Source: Vicugna vicugna
Taxonomy: Eukaryota
Assembly: GCA_013265495.1 (NCBI GenBank)
Contig: MU058781.1
Location: 3,783,050 to 3,847,049 of the forward strand
Reading direction: 5' to 3'
DNA length: 64,000 bases
The notes under the pieces were generated by a model. It was given only the letters and a program-made list of their open reading frames with translations, made no database searches and was not told where the DNA came from. The position numbers and the translations under genes are program-made. This document shows, one piece after another, positions 27,001-39,400 of this stretch (position 1 is the first letter of the stretch; the number at the start of each line of letters is the position of its first letter).

Positions 27001-27490
27001 GGACTTGAAACACAACCTCTGACACAAGGACTGCCTGACGCCAGGGACTGGGTCAACAGGGAGCGAGGATTTGGTGCTTCTGACCGAGTTTCAGTGATTC
27101 TTCAGCACTCAGAAAAGCTATCGTGCCTTTGAAATGGAGACCCCAAATCCTCGATGTGACGAAAAGATTTTAAATTGTAGAGTTCATACAAATACTGAGT
27201 GTTGGTATGTCCCATGGGTTAGACCAAGTTCACTGGTCCAGCTAAGTGGAGTCTTCCATGCTCTGTCCACCACCACTCAGAGTTATAAAGTCAACTAAAT
27301 GGAAAAGACAGAAGGAGCAATTACGAATCTTTCACTTCTTTGCCTTGGTTACATGTCCATAATTTGCATAAAATAAATAATATGCATTAAACTAAAAATC
27401 AGCATTAAAATTGGAAATGAGAAAAGAAAAGCGCAGCAGTCTGGTATTCTTAAGGCCAAACAATAGAGTTCTCTTTAAATAGACACTTTA
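24085..27490 (-). other. MCUR1: Probable MCUR1 3' UTR (distal end uncertain)
   Basis: Repeat-poor sequence after the stop. Minus-strand AATAAA at 26361-26366 and at 24102-24107, the latter closing an AU-rich block. The true end cannot be fixed without RNA data. Confidence 0.45.
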
Positions 27491-27546
27491 TTATATCCAC
27501 AGGCGATAAAATCCCAGAGCTACTGTTAGGCACGTAAATACAGATC
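27491..27546 (-). CDS. MCUR1: MCUR1 coding exon 9 (56 nt; GSVFTCLTVALGFYRLWI*), C-terminal transmembrane helix
   Basis: Acceptor ttttcttgcag. Ends in TAA (27493-27491) followed by a second TAA. Hydrophobic TM segment ending GFYRLWI as in MCUR1. Confidence 0.97.
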
Positions 27547-28129
27547 CTGCAAGAAAACAAACAATTGTGCATATTATTAGTTCTATTAATAGTTACTCTG
27601 GGGGACATCTTTTTATTAAGAAAACAGAACTTATCCACCAAGAAAGTAAAACCAAACCCAAGAAACTTAGCTTGCTCACTGGAGTGAAACATTCCATGAA
27701 ACACCTGCCTATTAAAAACCCCACGCCTTGAAATCATCATCTTCAAAATACAAATATATCCAATATCCAAGAAAAATTTTCAACAGGAATGCAGAATCAC
27801 AAAAATTCTGTGGGCACAGAGTACACGCATCTATACTACACAGAGACACTCTTTAACTTCCTGTGCAAAATTCACTTCTAAATACTATTATACGTCAAAA
27901 TACTGATTAATCCAAAATGTTAAGATTTGAGTGCAAGTCGTGGCTAAGTAATTTTTTGGGGGGGGTACATGAATCTTCATTTCCTCTTTTGGCTCAAAAA
28001 TTGCAAAAGCAAAATAGCTCCTTAAATGGAGGGCCACCAGTCGAAGCAGAGAGAGCATAATGCAGCAGCCTTTCATTCCATCTGTAGAATATTCCCTGAC
28101 TTAAATGACACTAAAAAAAATTCTAGATA

Positions 28130-28312
28130 ACTACAGTTCAATGATAGCATCTTATCAAATAAAGATTCAATCGATTGTAAAGTACCTCATTTTATTTACC
28201 ACTAAGAGAGAAACAAATGCCAATTATGATTCATCACCTACTGGAAATTAAGACGCCTTCCAATTTCAAAGATGCTAAAATATGAAAAAGTGTTAGAATC
28301 AATGAAATGCAG
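28130..28312. mobile_element. MER104-like TcMar DNA transposon fossil
   Basis: tttcaaagatgctaaaatatgaaaaagtgttagaatcaatgaaat and aatcgattgtaa motifs. Confidence 0.5.
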
Positions 28313-28388
28313 TATCTATCTCTGACTTTATTTATACGTGTACTTCACTTTCAGCTTGCTGTAACTACCTAGGCACGAAGCGGCTTAC

Positions 28389-28503
28389 CTGCTAAATATT
28401 TAATATTATCAAGCTTGTGCGACTCGAGCATGGTTTTGAGGCCAGCGACCTCGGTGTCTATCTTCCGGTCGGTCTGCGTGACGGCCCGATCCTGCTGGGC
28501 GTG
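28389..28503 (-). CDS. MCUR1: MCUR1 coding exon 8 (115 nt; HAQQDRAVTQTDRKIDTEVAGLKTMLESHKLDNIKYLA)
   Basis: Acceptor ctctctgttttaaaag, donor CAG|gtaagc, phase 0-1. Peptide matches MCUR1. Confidence 0.97.
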
Positions 28504-29496
28504 CTTTTAAAACAGAGAGAGTCATGGCATTAGGCCACTTCGCATACATCCCCCGAGCTGTCAGTCCCGGAGCCCCTTCCCGTCAGGGTGCAGTCACGGG
28601 ACGCCTGGGGTGGGACTAAGGAGACCCAGGCTTTAGTCTGAGTTCTACTAGCCTGATTCTGTGTTGCATTGGTCAGGGCCTCAAATGTCTCTAGGCCTGT
28701 TTCCTCCTGCTGGACACAAGGGAAAAATACCGCCAGGCCTGCCTTCACATAGGCTGTTTCGAGAATCAAGTGTGCTAACCTACGGGAGAAGGCTTCTGTC
28801 AGTTGCAGACCGCTCTGCTGGTTAGGTTAAGGTCACGAGGCTCGTCTGTTCTCAGCGGCAATGAATATGCCTCACCCTTCTGACCTGCTCTCAGTGAAAG
28901 GTACACAAAAAATGCTGTTTTAAAAAAATGAACACAATCTTGTGTGGTGCTTGCCTTGATACTATTTCTATTCACATTCTTAAAAAGGCTTCTCCTCTTT
29001 CACAGTTCAAATGCCAAGTGTTTTTATTATTATTACGAGGCTTGGCTCTACTGAGAGCCTGTATGTGTTCTTTCCCAGATGAAATACAGTTAAACCAGAT
29101 ACAGAATTAACTCCCAAAGGGTGGAGAGTTCAGGTGATGTTATAAAGTGTCTGTAATATTTCATTAATGCATAAAAGCACTGGAAATACTTCACCAAAAA
29201 TCCCAGGGCAAGGAAAATAGCTCCCTGTGGTGAACAATTCAGGTAATGAATAAGGAAATAAATGGATGAGTGAAATATTCCAGACGAATAGTTCAGGATT
29301 CTCTCATGGAAGACTCTTGCCGGTTTCAGAGGTCCCAGGTAATACAGGATGGAAAAGAAGTAATGCATGCCGTTAAGTTAAAAATTATAATTTAAAAAAA
29401 AAGCTCCATTCCTTATTATTCCTCAATGACCAAGGCTTAAACTTTCACTAAGATAAATAAGTATTTCATTAAGTACAAAAAACAAATCCTATGATA

Positions 29497-30000
29497 TTCC
29501 ACTTCTGGGTATATATACCCAAAAGATTTGAAAACAGGGCCTCCAGCAGATTATATTTGCCCATGTTCATAGCATTATTCACAATGGCCACAAGGGGAGC
29601 AACGCCTTGGATAATCAAAACATATGTACATCCAATGGAATATTAGGCAGCCTTAAGAAGGAAGGAAATTCTGAGACAAGCTACAACATGGACGAACCTT
29701 GAGGGCATTACACTAAGTGAAATAAGATAGACACAAAAGGACAAACACTGTATGATTCCACTTAGATGAACTACCTAGAATAGTCAGACTCAGAGACAGA
29801 AGGTAGATGGTGGTAGCCAGGGGAGGAAGAAATGAGTTTGTGCTTAACGGGCAGAGTTTCGGTTCTGCAAGATGAAAAGCGTTCTGTGGTTGGATGGTGG
29901 GGATGGCAGCATAATAGTGTGAATGTACTTAATGACACTGAACCGTTCACTTCAAAACGGTTACGATGGTCATTTTTATGGATATTTTGGCACAATTAAA
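29497..30000 (+). mobile_element. 5'-truncated L1 (L1MB-like)
   Basis: End of ORF2 plus 3'-UTR motifs. TSD AAATCCTATGA at 29484-29494 and 30003-30013. Confidence 0.88.
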
Positions 30001-30125
30001 CAAAATCCTATGACACTAAACCTGCACGTATTTTCCTACGACACAGCATTACAAACAGCAGTAACCAGGCAGGGGTGAAGCAAAGATGAATAAAATGAAC
30101 AAGAAAAGTCAGTCTCATGTCTTAC

Positions 30126-30179
30126 CAAGGACACCATCTCTGTTTTTATTTCCAGGAGCTTCCTTTCATTTAATGAAAA
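30126..30179 (-). CDS. MCUR1: MCUR1 coding exon 7 (54 nt; FSLNERKLLEIKTEMVSL)
   Basis: Acceptor tttgtttcag, donor TTG|gtaaga, phase 0-0. Confidence 0.95.
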
Positions 30180-32377
30180 CTGAAACAAACACAGAACACA
30201 GGTCAGATTCTGATTTATTCCTTTCTCTCTCTCCTCCTCCTCTGGTGCCTTAAGTACGCTGGGCTCAGTACTTTCAAGAGTATGTAGTATGAGAAGCCAC
30301 CCCTAATGAAGCAGCCTACTGCCTTCTCCTTTAGACCTGTTTTTTGAGCTTTCTTATTGATACTCATCACTCCAACATCTGGATTCCCCTTTGCCATCCT
30401 CTGCCTCTCTCTCTCTCCTTGTTTTCTCTTTTCAGCTCTTTGCTGTGGTGTCTCCAGGTCCCTCCCACTATTTTAACAGCGTTCCCAGGGACCAATTTAG
30501 ATGGATGCTGAGTCATGGCTTTTCGGCTTTGAGAGGGTTGGAAAAAGCAGGGAACAGTTCAATCTAGGAGTTATCCCATCATTACTACAAACAAAACTCG
30601 TCAATATTTGAGGCTTAGACAAAAGACAGAAAAGATACAAAGTTGGGAAAAAATAGTTGCAAGGAATACTATTCTGTGACATAAATTTTGCCTTGTCATT
30701 ATAAAACACTACGTAAATACGCAGATACAAGAAATATACTAAACCATCACATGCTGGTTTTAATTAAAAGCAAAACAAACCAAAAAACACAAACCCATGT
30801 GAAGGTTGTCACAATCCAGTGTTACTAATGGAACTGACTAGTTCCACCCAGAATTAAAACGGTATCTTGCCTTTGGCTATTAATGTCAGTGAAAAGACTT
30901 CTGTGCAATTTTGTTGACGCTGGGATGAGAAGCAGACGCGTCTCCTTAGTAGTGGGCATTAAGATTTAATTGAGCGAATTAAAATCTATAATTTAAGTGA
31001 GGAATTAAAAATTCTTCAATAAATTAATATTGTTATGGGGAAAAATTAATGCTTTGAAGTATCTAGAAACTTTCTAGCTACATAATGTTCCTCTGGGACT
31101 ATCAGGGGGACACAGTATTAAAACAGCATTGCTCAGAAGTAAAAAAGGAAAAAAATCCCCAAACCCCAAACCCCAAACCAAGAGCTGGTCCCAGGACCCA
31201 AGAATGCTCATCTCCAGGTTTTTAAATGTCAGGGTTTCAGAGAGCTATGCACCAGATAACCACCAGAGGGCGGGGTGGAATGGGATTCTCCGCACCCCTT
31301 TAAACCAGTGTTCACTAAGGCAATATTGACTCAGCTGCAGGAGAAAAGAAAGGCCTCAATCTTGACATTGTGATGATTTTTAAAAATAACATCTATGTGG
31401 CCCCACCTCCCTGCACCCTAAAGCAGTTTCTAGGCCATACTGCTTTTGAAGCTGGCTGTAAATATCACTACAGTTAATTTTGTTGAAATAGTACTATACC
31501 TATTAAACAAGGGAATGAGAGAGTTAAATAACTCATTTTCATCAATGCATGTTAAATTCATGCTAGCTACATAATAATACACTGTCCTGCACGTCAGAGT
31601 AATCTGAATTTAGGATTACCAAGGATGACTTCTCCGCTAGGTTAGCAAATCACATAAATTCACTGGTTTTAATCCACCTTCCCATCTCACATTTCCCAAT
31701 CTCCTAGGTACAGTTCTTCCCAGCTTGGTTAACTACAGGCATCTTCCTAAATTAAGTGAATTCAGAGTTTTCACTAAGCGCACAACCCTTAAGGAAAACG
31801 TAACCAAAAGAATTTTTCCTCTTGTAGATACTAGTCATATGCTAGTGATCATGATTGTATTTCAAGACTGGAAAGACTAGAAAAACAAGGACATAATAAT
31901 TATTTTGCATAACAAAGCTCAGCTTAACTCATGAAATCGAGAGGTAGTTCTGAAATACAGTTCAGTACTTGTTTGATTTTTAATATTAGCTCCATTTATC
32001 ACTGCAGCACATTTTGGTTAAAAGTAAATTGTGAAAAACAAGGAGACAACGAACAACTGTAAACACTATTTCTGCATGTGCATCTAGTTCTCTGTTAGCA
32101 AAAAATGCTATATACGCCCCATTTCTTATTATGCTGAGAATAAAGAAGGTATCTAACTAATATTATCAAATTCAAATACAGCCCAAATAGTGGCCCGTAA
32201 AATTCCAAACCAGATAATTCTAATTTAATTTCTGCCTATCAAACACCCGTTGGCAATTTAAACTACTGTGTGTAAATTTATCATTTCATTTCTCTTCCAA
32301 AACTACTGAGTATGACAGATGGGTTAAAAGTCACTAGAGGCAATCCAACACATACAAAACATCCAACTTATCTGGAT

Positions 32378-33031
32378 GTTTACGTTCACTGCAGCACTAT
32401 TTACAGTAGCCAAGACGGGGGTCGGGGGGAACCTAAGTTTCCACCAATGGATGAATGGAGAAAATGTGGTGTATATACAGGCCATGGAGTATGACTCAGC
32501 CATAAAATAAAAAAGAGATCTTGCCATTTGCAACAATATGGATGAACCCTGAGGGCGTTATGCTAAGTGAAGTAAGTCAGACAGTGAAAGACACATACCA
32601 CACAATCTTACTCATACTTGGAATCTAAAAAAAACAAACAAAAAGCCCGAGCTCACAGATACAGAGAACAGGTTAGTGGTTGCCGGGGGTGGGGGCGGGG
32701 GGGGGAGGTAGGCAGTGGGTGAAATGGGTGAAGGGGGTCAAAAAGTATTAACTTTCAGTTATAAAATAGCTCCGTTCTAGAGAAGAAATGTACAGCAAGG
32801 TGACTAGAGTTAATACTACTGTACTGTAGAGCTGAAATTTGCTAAGACAGCAGGGCTTAAAAGTTCTCATCAGGAGTAAAAAAAGTTTTGTAACTTGTTA
32901 TGTGTGGTGATGGACTTACTGGGACGATCATTTTGCAATATATACAAATATGGAGTCATTATGTTACACACCTGAAATATAATGTTATGTATGAATCGCG
33001 CCTCAGTAAAATTAGAAAAATTTTAAAAAAA
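32378..33031 (+). mobile_element. L1 3' end (L1MA-like)
   Basis: cactgcagcactatttacagtagccaaga...gctaagtgaagtaagtcagac...tatgttacacacctgaa followed by an A-tail. Confidence 0.88.
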
Positions 33032-33831
33032 GGAGTGTTAATGTGTGAGCTCTGAGGAAAAAGAATTGTATTTATATGCATTACCTTTGAAATGCATATA
33101 AACGGGCATTTCAAAGGGCAGCAAGGTTGCTCTTTCCAGTTTTTTCAGGCCCCAGGCATGATCCTACAAGCTGCTGTACTCACGTTATATATATATTACA
33201 TATATATATATATGTGTATATAAAATAGTTTATTCACAACCCACAATTTGTGAAAACTTTATGGCAATAAATGTACAGCACTACTTTTCCTAACTGAAAA
33301 TTTCAATTTAACATAACTTAAAGAATCATTCAGAATTTGCATTTCAAAACAACACAATAAAGTCATTAAGCTTCTCTATTAAAAAAAAAAGACTATGTGG
33401 CAATAATTTAAATCTTGAATTTTCAATGTAGCATTTCATTTAATATTATGTAATATCAATAATTTAACATTATTCGAGTCAGATAACCAACTTCTGTAAA
33501 ATCAGGGCCTGCGGAGGTTTAAGTCAAAGTTAAATAGATCAAGATTGAATTTAACTTCTTTATTCATGTCTAAAGGACCCATAATGTAGTATCTCTGAAA
33601 CAAACAAAAAAGATTCAAATTTGATTTGACCACGATTTTAATTTTAACGTTACTTCTGAAAGCATCAAATTTCAGCCCTAATCCAAGATATAATCAGAAT
33701 AACGAAAAAACTGTGTTTAACAATGATATGCAGGTAAATACTTAACAATACTTATGTAAACTTAGACTTGACCAAGTGTTCCACCTTTCAAAGAAATGAA
33801 CCCATACTCTGGTTTTAATAAAGGAACATAC

Positions 33832-33903
33832 CAATTCTTTCACTCTGCTCTTTTCTAGACTGAAGTCTAATTTGGTATCTGTTCGGACTTTGACCACTTC
33901 ATC
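33832..33903 (-). CDS. MCUR1: MCUR1 coding exon 6 (72 nt; DEVVKVRTDTKLDFSLEKSRVKEL)
   Basis: Acceptor ctcctactag, donor TTG|gtatgt, phase 0-0. Confidence 0.97.
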
Positions 33904-34722
33904 CTAGTAGGAGGGCAAACGACAAAGAAAGAAAGAAAGAAATCCAAAGTAAGAAATGGATACTCTTTGAGGATGTAAGCCTGGGCCTGCTGCCTCTACT
34001 GCTCCCACCCGAGGGGCAGGGCCAGGGCGGGCAGAGAACTGGGATGAGGGACTAATGAGGCCAGGAGACTCTGGTCAAGCCATGCGTGAAGTCAGCCCTG
34101 TCTTGGGATTTCCCAGTTAAATATACAAATTATCCCCTTTCATGTTTGAGTCAATCCAGAGTGGGTTATTGTTATTTTTAACCTCAAGATTCCCAACAGA
34201 ATCGCCTTGTGGAATTTATGAATCAAGCTGTTCTCTGGACAACTTTGAAAAGCTGAGATAGATTCAAAGAAGTAAAAGGTTAAATTCTCGTTTAAAAAAC
34301 ACCTTCCTTCTGACATCTGTCAAGATCTTTTCTTCTTTAACATCAATGACCTTTCCACTTAAAAAAAGAAAAATCAAACAGCTGTCACAGTCAGCCTTAT
34401 AAAACCACATGTAATTCTTTAAAGACAGACTCTCCTAAGAGAATCTAAAAGTTCCATGTGGCTGTTGTTGAAGATTTTCTATTTTAAAATGTCTTCATTT
34501 CTCCTAGATCATAGTTTTCTTAATGGATTTCGTTACAGACATCAGTAATTTGACTGGTTGTGTTCTTAGTTAAATCCTCCAATGTGTACTTTTGAGACAC
34601 AGCACACAAATATTTAAAACAGAATTAAGTTTTTAGGAACGTACAAAGTATTTCTAACACTATATTTATCACTAAGCTAATGTGACCACAAACAAGCAAA
34701 CAAACAGGACTGAGAATCTTAC

Positions 34723-34764
34723 CGTTACTTGTTGTTTTAACCGATGTAGTTCAAGTTTGATTTT
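34723..34764 (-). CDS. MCUR1: MCUR1 coding exon 5 (42 nt; KIKLELHRLKQQVT)
   Basis: Acceptor gtttttag, donor ACG|gtaaga, phase 0-0. Coiled-coil peptide matching MCUR1. Confidence 0.95.
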
Positions 34765-35289
34765 CTAAAAACACATTAAAAAGAAGTCAGTCAAGGATGT
34801 TTTGGAGGATAGAAGAAAAACATAAAGCTTGATAAGAAATATCAGAACATATATTTATGCACAGGTTCAAGTTCTTCCCTCATGACATGAATGAACTTGG
34901 CCACGTTCAGAACACATTAACTGAACAATCTCAGTGGCAAAAATGATTTTTTGTCGTGCCAAGGTGGTACTACAATCACGGATGTGTCTTGAGATATGTT
35001 TTAACTCATCCTGAAGGCCACACAAAATTAGTAACACAGCTGGTTTTTTTTTTCAACATACTCATTTGCCTTCAGAGGCCCTGTTTTAATACTTCCTTCA
35101 ATATTTTTTTAAATTCTGCCCTCAAACAGCTGACTTCAAGACAGCTTTGACAGTTTCAAACTTCACCTTCTGCTAGCAAAAGAAGGAATCTTTTTCTAAA
35201 AAGTTTCTTGGAAGAGTAAGATCAATAGGTAATAAATGAACATCCTTCATTTAAATAGGGCTAAAAATAAAAGGAAGACACAGACAGCA

Positions 35290-35712
35290 CTTAAATGCTG
35301 ATTCCATACGCCCCACTTAAGAAACTAAGGGATATTTTACAGCAGTACTTATTCACAGTAACTCCAAACTGGAAACAACTCTAATATATGCCACAGTAGA
35401 ATAGTATGGCATATTCCTGTAATATTGTCAACAATGAAAAAGAATGGTCTATTATGCAAGACACACTATGTGATTCCATCATATGAAGCTCTGGAACAGC
35501 AGGGCTAGTCAATGGCTGTGTAAGCTGGGAGAGTGGTGTCCGCCGTGGGAGGAGTGACCACAAGGGGGCGTGAGCGGGGCTTTTCCGGGGTGTTGGCAAC
35601 TTCTGCTTCTTGATCTGACTGACAGCCTACCCGGTGCAAATCCACCCAGATGTACACTTCCTTGTGCACGTCTGTGTGTGCGTGTTGTATCTCAATGTCT
35701 CAATGTAAAGCA
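35290..35712 (+). mobile_element. Old L1 3' fragment (L1MC/L1ME-like)
   Basis: ttattcacagtaactccaaactggaaacaac...ctatgtgattccat motifs. Confidence 0.65.
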
Positions 35713-35744
35713 TTTTGTAAATGTGAGTGGTTCTTCAGTTTTAC

Positions 35745-35846
35745 CTCATTTTCTGATCTGAGGGCTGAAAATTCACTCTTCTCCAAAATAATCATATCTT
35801 TTTTCACATTAGCAATCTGAGACATTACTTGCTGAAGAGTGATCTC
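35745..35846 (-). CDS. MCUR1: MCUR1 coding exon 4 (102 nt; [34 protein letters not shown])
   Basis: Acceptor ctttttccag, donor GAG|gtaaaa, phase 0-0. Conserved [11 protein letters not shown] motif. Confidence 0.97.
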
Positions 35847-36331
35847 CTGGAAAAAGAAACACAAAACATAGCCTAGCCCGGCCTAGAAGTCCACCTCCTT
35901 CCATCTCCACCTGGTGTCATCTTAAGTACAAACTACAACGGCGGCACAAGAGGTTCTGCAAGGTCCTCCTGTTTCAAAACAGGACAAGAATAAGGACTCA
36001 AGTCCAGCGGCAGCACCAGATGAATCACAGATAACAGGGTGGCGGTCAGACCAGCAGCTTGAGAACACACGGCTATCATTCTGGTCACACACATCTCCAT
36101 TTATTCAAGTGTTGTTGACTAGAATAGTCAGTTTTCAAATGGGATCATTCTATAATAGCTCACTAACTCGCTTTGAGTAAATATTTCTTTATGCCTCTGG
36201 AATTATTTTCCTATGATGTATGGTTCAAAATTACTATATGCTTTTCAACAGAATGTTGTCCAAAAACATACATCACAAATAATATCCCATCTTCAGATTT
36301 TAAACTTGCTCGAGTGTGCCGGCAACGCTAC

Positions 36332-36435
36332 CTGCTGCATCTTGGTGACCATATCTTTGTAGACAAGGTCCATGTTGGCTTCCATGATCTTGACCAAGGC
36401 AGAGACGATGATTTCTGCTTGCTGAGTAGTAAACC
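36332..36435 (-). CDS. MCUR1: MCUR1 coding exon 3 (104 nt; GFTTQQAEIIVSALVKIMEANMDLVYKDMVTKMQQ)
   Basis: Acceptor gtttgcctag, donor CAG|gtagcg. The frame joins exons 2 and 4 and the peptide matches MCUR1. Confidence 0.97.
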
Positions 36436-39400
36436 CTAGGCAAACACACAAAGACCATCACTCAGGAGACTCCAGTTATCAGGAGAAAAAAAAGCCTTCA
36501 TAGGAAGGAAGAAAACGCAAACTCATACATGCAGGTGGGCATCTGAATTCAGAGGCAGGTGGAGAGTCTAGTGACGTAGGCGGGTGAGGAGTCAAGGCAC
36601 AGGCTGTGATGTGTCTGTCACTTGGGACAAATGTGACACATCTGAGTCTACCTCCTCGTGTCAGACGACGAGTTGGGCTGCCTGCCTCTGATGTCCTCCC
36701 TAGCTGTCAAAAACCATGTTTTCAGAGAATGTCTAATGATGAAAGGGATGCCTGCAGTGCAAGGTGAAATGAAAAACAGCAAGACTCAAAATTACAGATA
36801 CAATGAATCGCTTTTGTAATTTAACCAAGATTCTGGGTAATTCTTATCTTCTTCTGTATTACCTAGGTATTCTACAATCTTAAAATGTATATGGTAGTAA
36901 AAAACAAATTTACTTCAGAAGAGAAAGCTTAATTATTTCATAACCGGCATAAATCGATCAAAGTATTGGCTATATAAATAATAATTTGGTGGTAACTTAC
37001 TTAATGTTAAAAGACAAAATCAGTTCTTTCATTTTCCTACCCCAGTCCTCCTCAACCACTACTGAGAGGAGCCCAAACTGGAAAACATATTGTGATACTC
37101 AGTAAATGTTGCTGAGCTGAATTATATATTCAACTCAGCAGTGCTACTGTTTTTAGTAACTTTAGATACTAACTTTATTTCACATTGTAAATTCTAATTA
37201 AAATGCTTAACACCAAGCCCCTGGAATGTAATTCTTTCTATTAAATACTTCCATCTGTAAGAACTTCAGCAGAATTTACTGATTCTTGTAATTAATTCAC
37301 GGTACATTTGTTTGAATAAAGTTATAACTGATACAATTTGGATGAGATTAAGCACGGAACTATAGTTTTAAAAGACAAAAACACAGATTTAAAGGAGACC
37401 AAAAAAAGATCTCCAAAGGTCTACTTCCTTTATTTATTCAAAATCCTTTCATTTTTCAACAGGTGGGTCATGCACAGCTAGAAAAATTGCCCAAAAAATC
37501 ACCCACCAAAATGTTAACATTGTTCAGGTCTGGGGTACTGGGATTCTTGTTTCTTTTCTGTCCTCTTAATGTTCTGAAAATTACTATGCCTTTCACAATT
37601 TTTAAAACTTATTAATAAGAGTTCATCATTAAACATAATTAGTTTTGGAAATTATGAAGCAAAGAAAAAGAGACCGAAAGAGAACTTACGCTGATAATAA
37701 AACAAATAAACTCCAAAGTCTTGTAATTTAGAACCAGCTATGGGAGGAGAAAGGCTATGAAAAAGCAGAAGTTAAGACTAAAAACCTCCTGTGTAGGAAT
37801 GAGAGAACAGGACAGAAGCAGTGCTGGTGAGATTTCAGACACAGGAAGTTTTGTGAATCAGGAGACATAACTCTGGAGAAAAAAAGGATAGAGGATGGAA
37901 CATTCCTTGGAGGGTTTTCCCTGGCCTTATCCTGACCCACATCTTAGACGTCCATCCTTCGCGTAAGCACCGTCATGCCCTCCACTTCAGTGGGGTCCTC
38001 ATATCACTGGTCTTGAAATAAGCAAATATTCCTGAGTCAGGGCTTGAAATCAAGAAAAGCAGGAACTACATATACCAAAACATCACATTTTAAACATGAA
38101 ACATATGCAATTTTTATTTGTCAAAAATAAATAATGAATTTTTTTAAAGGCGGGGGAGGGGGAACAAACGCCACCTCTCAATGAGAGAAAGGATTTGCAT
38201 CCACTGCTGCCACCCTGCTGTGGTCACACTTAGCAAAATTAACGATGCTCCGTTGACATCATCCAACCCCTGTGTGTGTGTTGAAACACCCCCATTATCT
38301 CTAGTATGTCTTTTTACAACTGGTTACTTTGAATACAAGAATACAAGCTCCACCACCACACACACAAACACACACACACATGCGCAAAGAGAAAAAAGAA
38401 AAAGGAGAAAGACTTCTGCTTATCAAGATAATTTTAGATGCCCCTCTTTTCACTTCTACTTTTTTTTTTTAAATTCTGAGTTGAAAGAAGTTTGGTGAAA
38501 AAGGACTACTATTTCAAGTTTGAGAAGAACAGCTGTAAAAATGATCATTGAGTGTGTGACAATTTTCCTAACGTGCACTCTAGTACATTATCTAATGCTC
38601 AAATTCTTATTATGCCCATGCTACCAAGGAGGGAACAGGACCTGGGAAGGGAGAAAGGTTACTGTGGGGCCCCGCAGCTGGAACCTGGCAGAGCCAGAAC
38701 CCAGAGCTTCTGCCCCACCCCCGCCCCATAAGCACAGAATCACCTTGCCCTGGGCACGGAAAACTCATCTATCTACAGAGGGGCAGCTTTTCAGGTATGA
38801 GCATGCACAACTGGATGAAAAACTGTGAAGTCCAAACACAGATGTGTTTATTTCAAAGGCATGAACTATGATATCTGAGATTCTGACTTGGAGAATATAC
38901 GTGTCACAGGAGAGAGAATTACGATGTGTACTCAATTTATAACGAGTATTTGTCTAGATAAGATTAACTATGAGAATGCTACCTATGTATTAAGTGTACT
39001 TTCAGTAACTGCCATATGTCAGAGCAATCTTTTACATCAACTAACTCAAAAGCAGTAAGAGAAAATGTTAGCCTGAATATTTTCTTAAAAACCCACAATA
39101 CGTTGAAATCATCCATACCTACTGCAAAGCAACATATTAATTTCATAAAAATTTTAAAAGCACACAAGAGGCACAGGAATAAAACTATCACTTTTATGCT
39201 TAGACGGTTGTCAAAGGAACCATTCTTGAGTTCTGCTGACTTGTGTCTAAATTTTTGTCTATAATGCTATACTTCCAGAGTGATGTTATAGAAACACACT
39301 TCACTTGGACAAAGAGAAAACGTGTGAGAAAAGTCTCAACTGTACTGAAGAGGTAGTAATGTCCTTGAACAAAAAATGAGGACTTGAGAAATGGAGACTG

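Noticed and set aside
26604..27056. 150-aa minus ORF and 77-aa acidic plus ORF
   Set aside because: They lie in the probable MCUR1 3' UTR with no recognisable homology or supporting splice structure.
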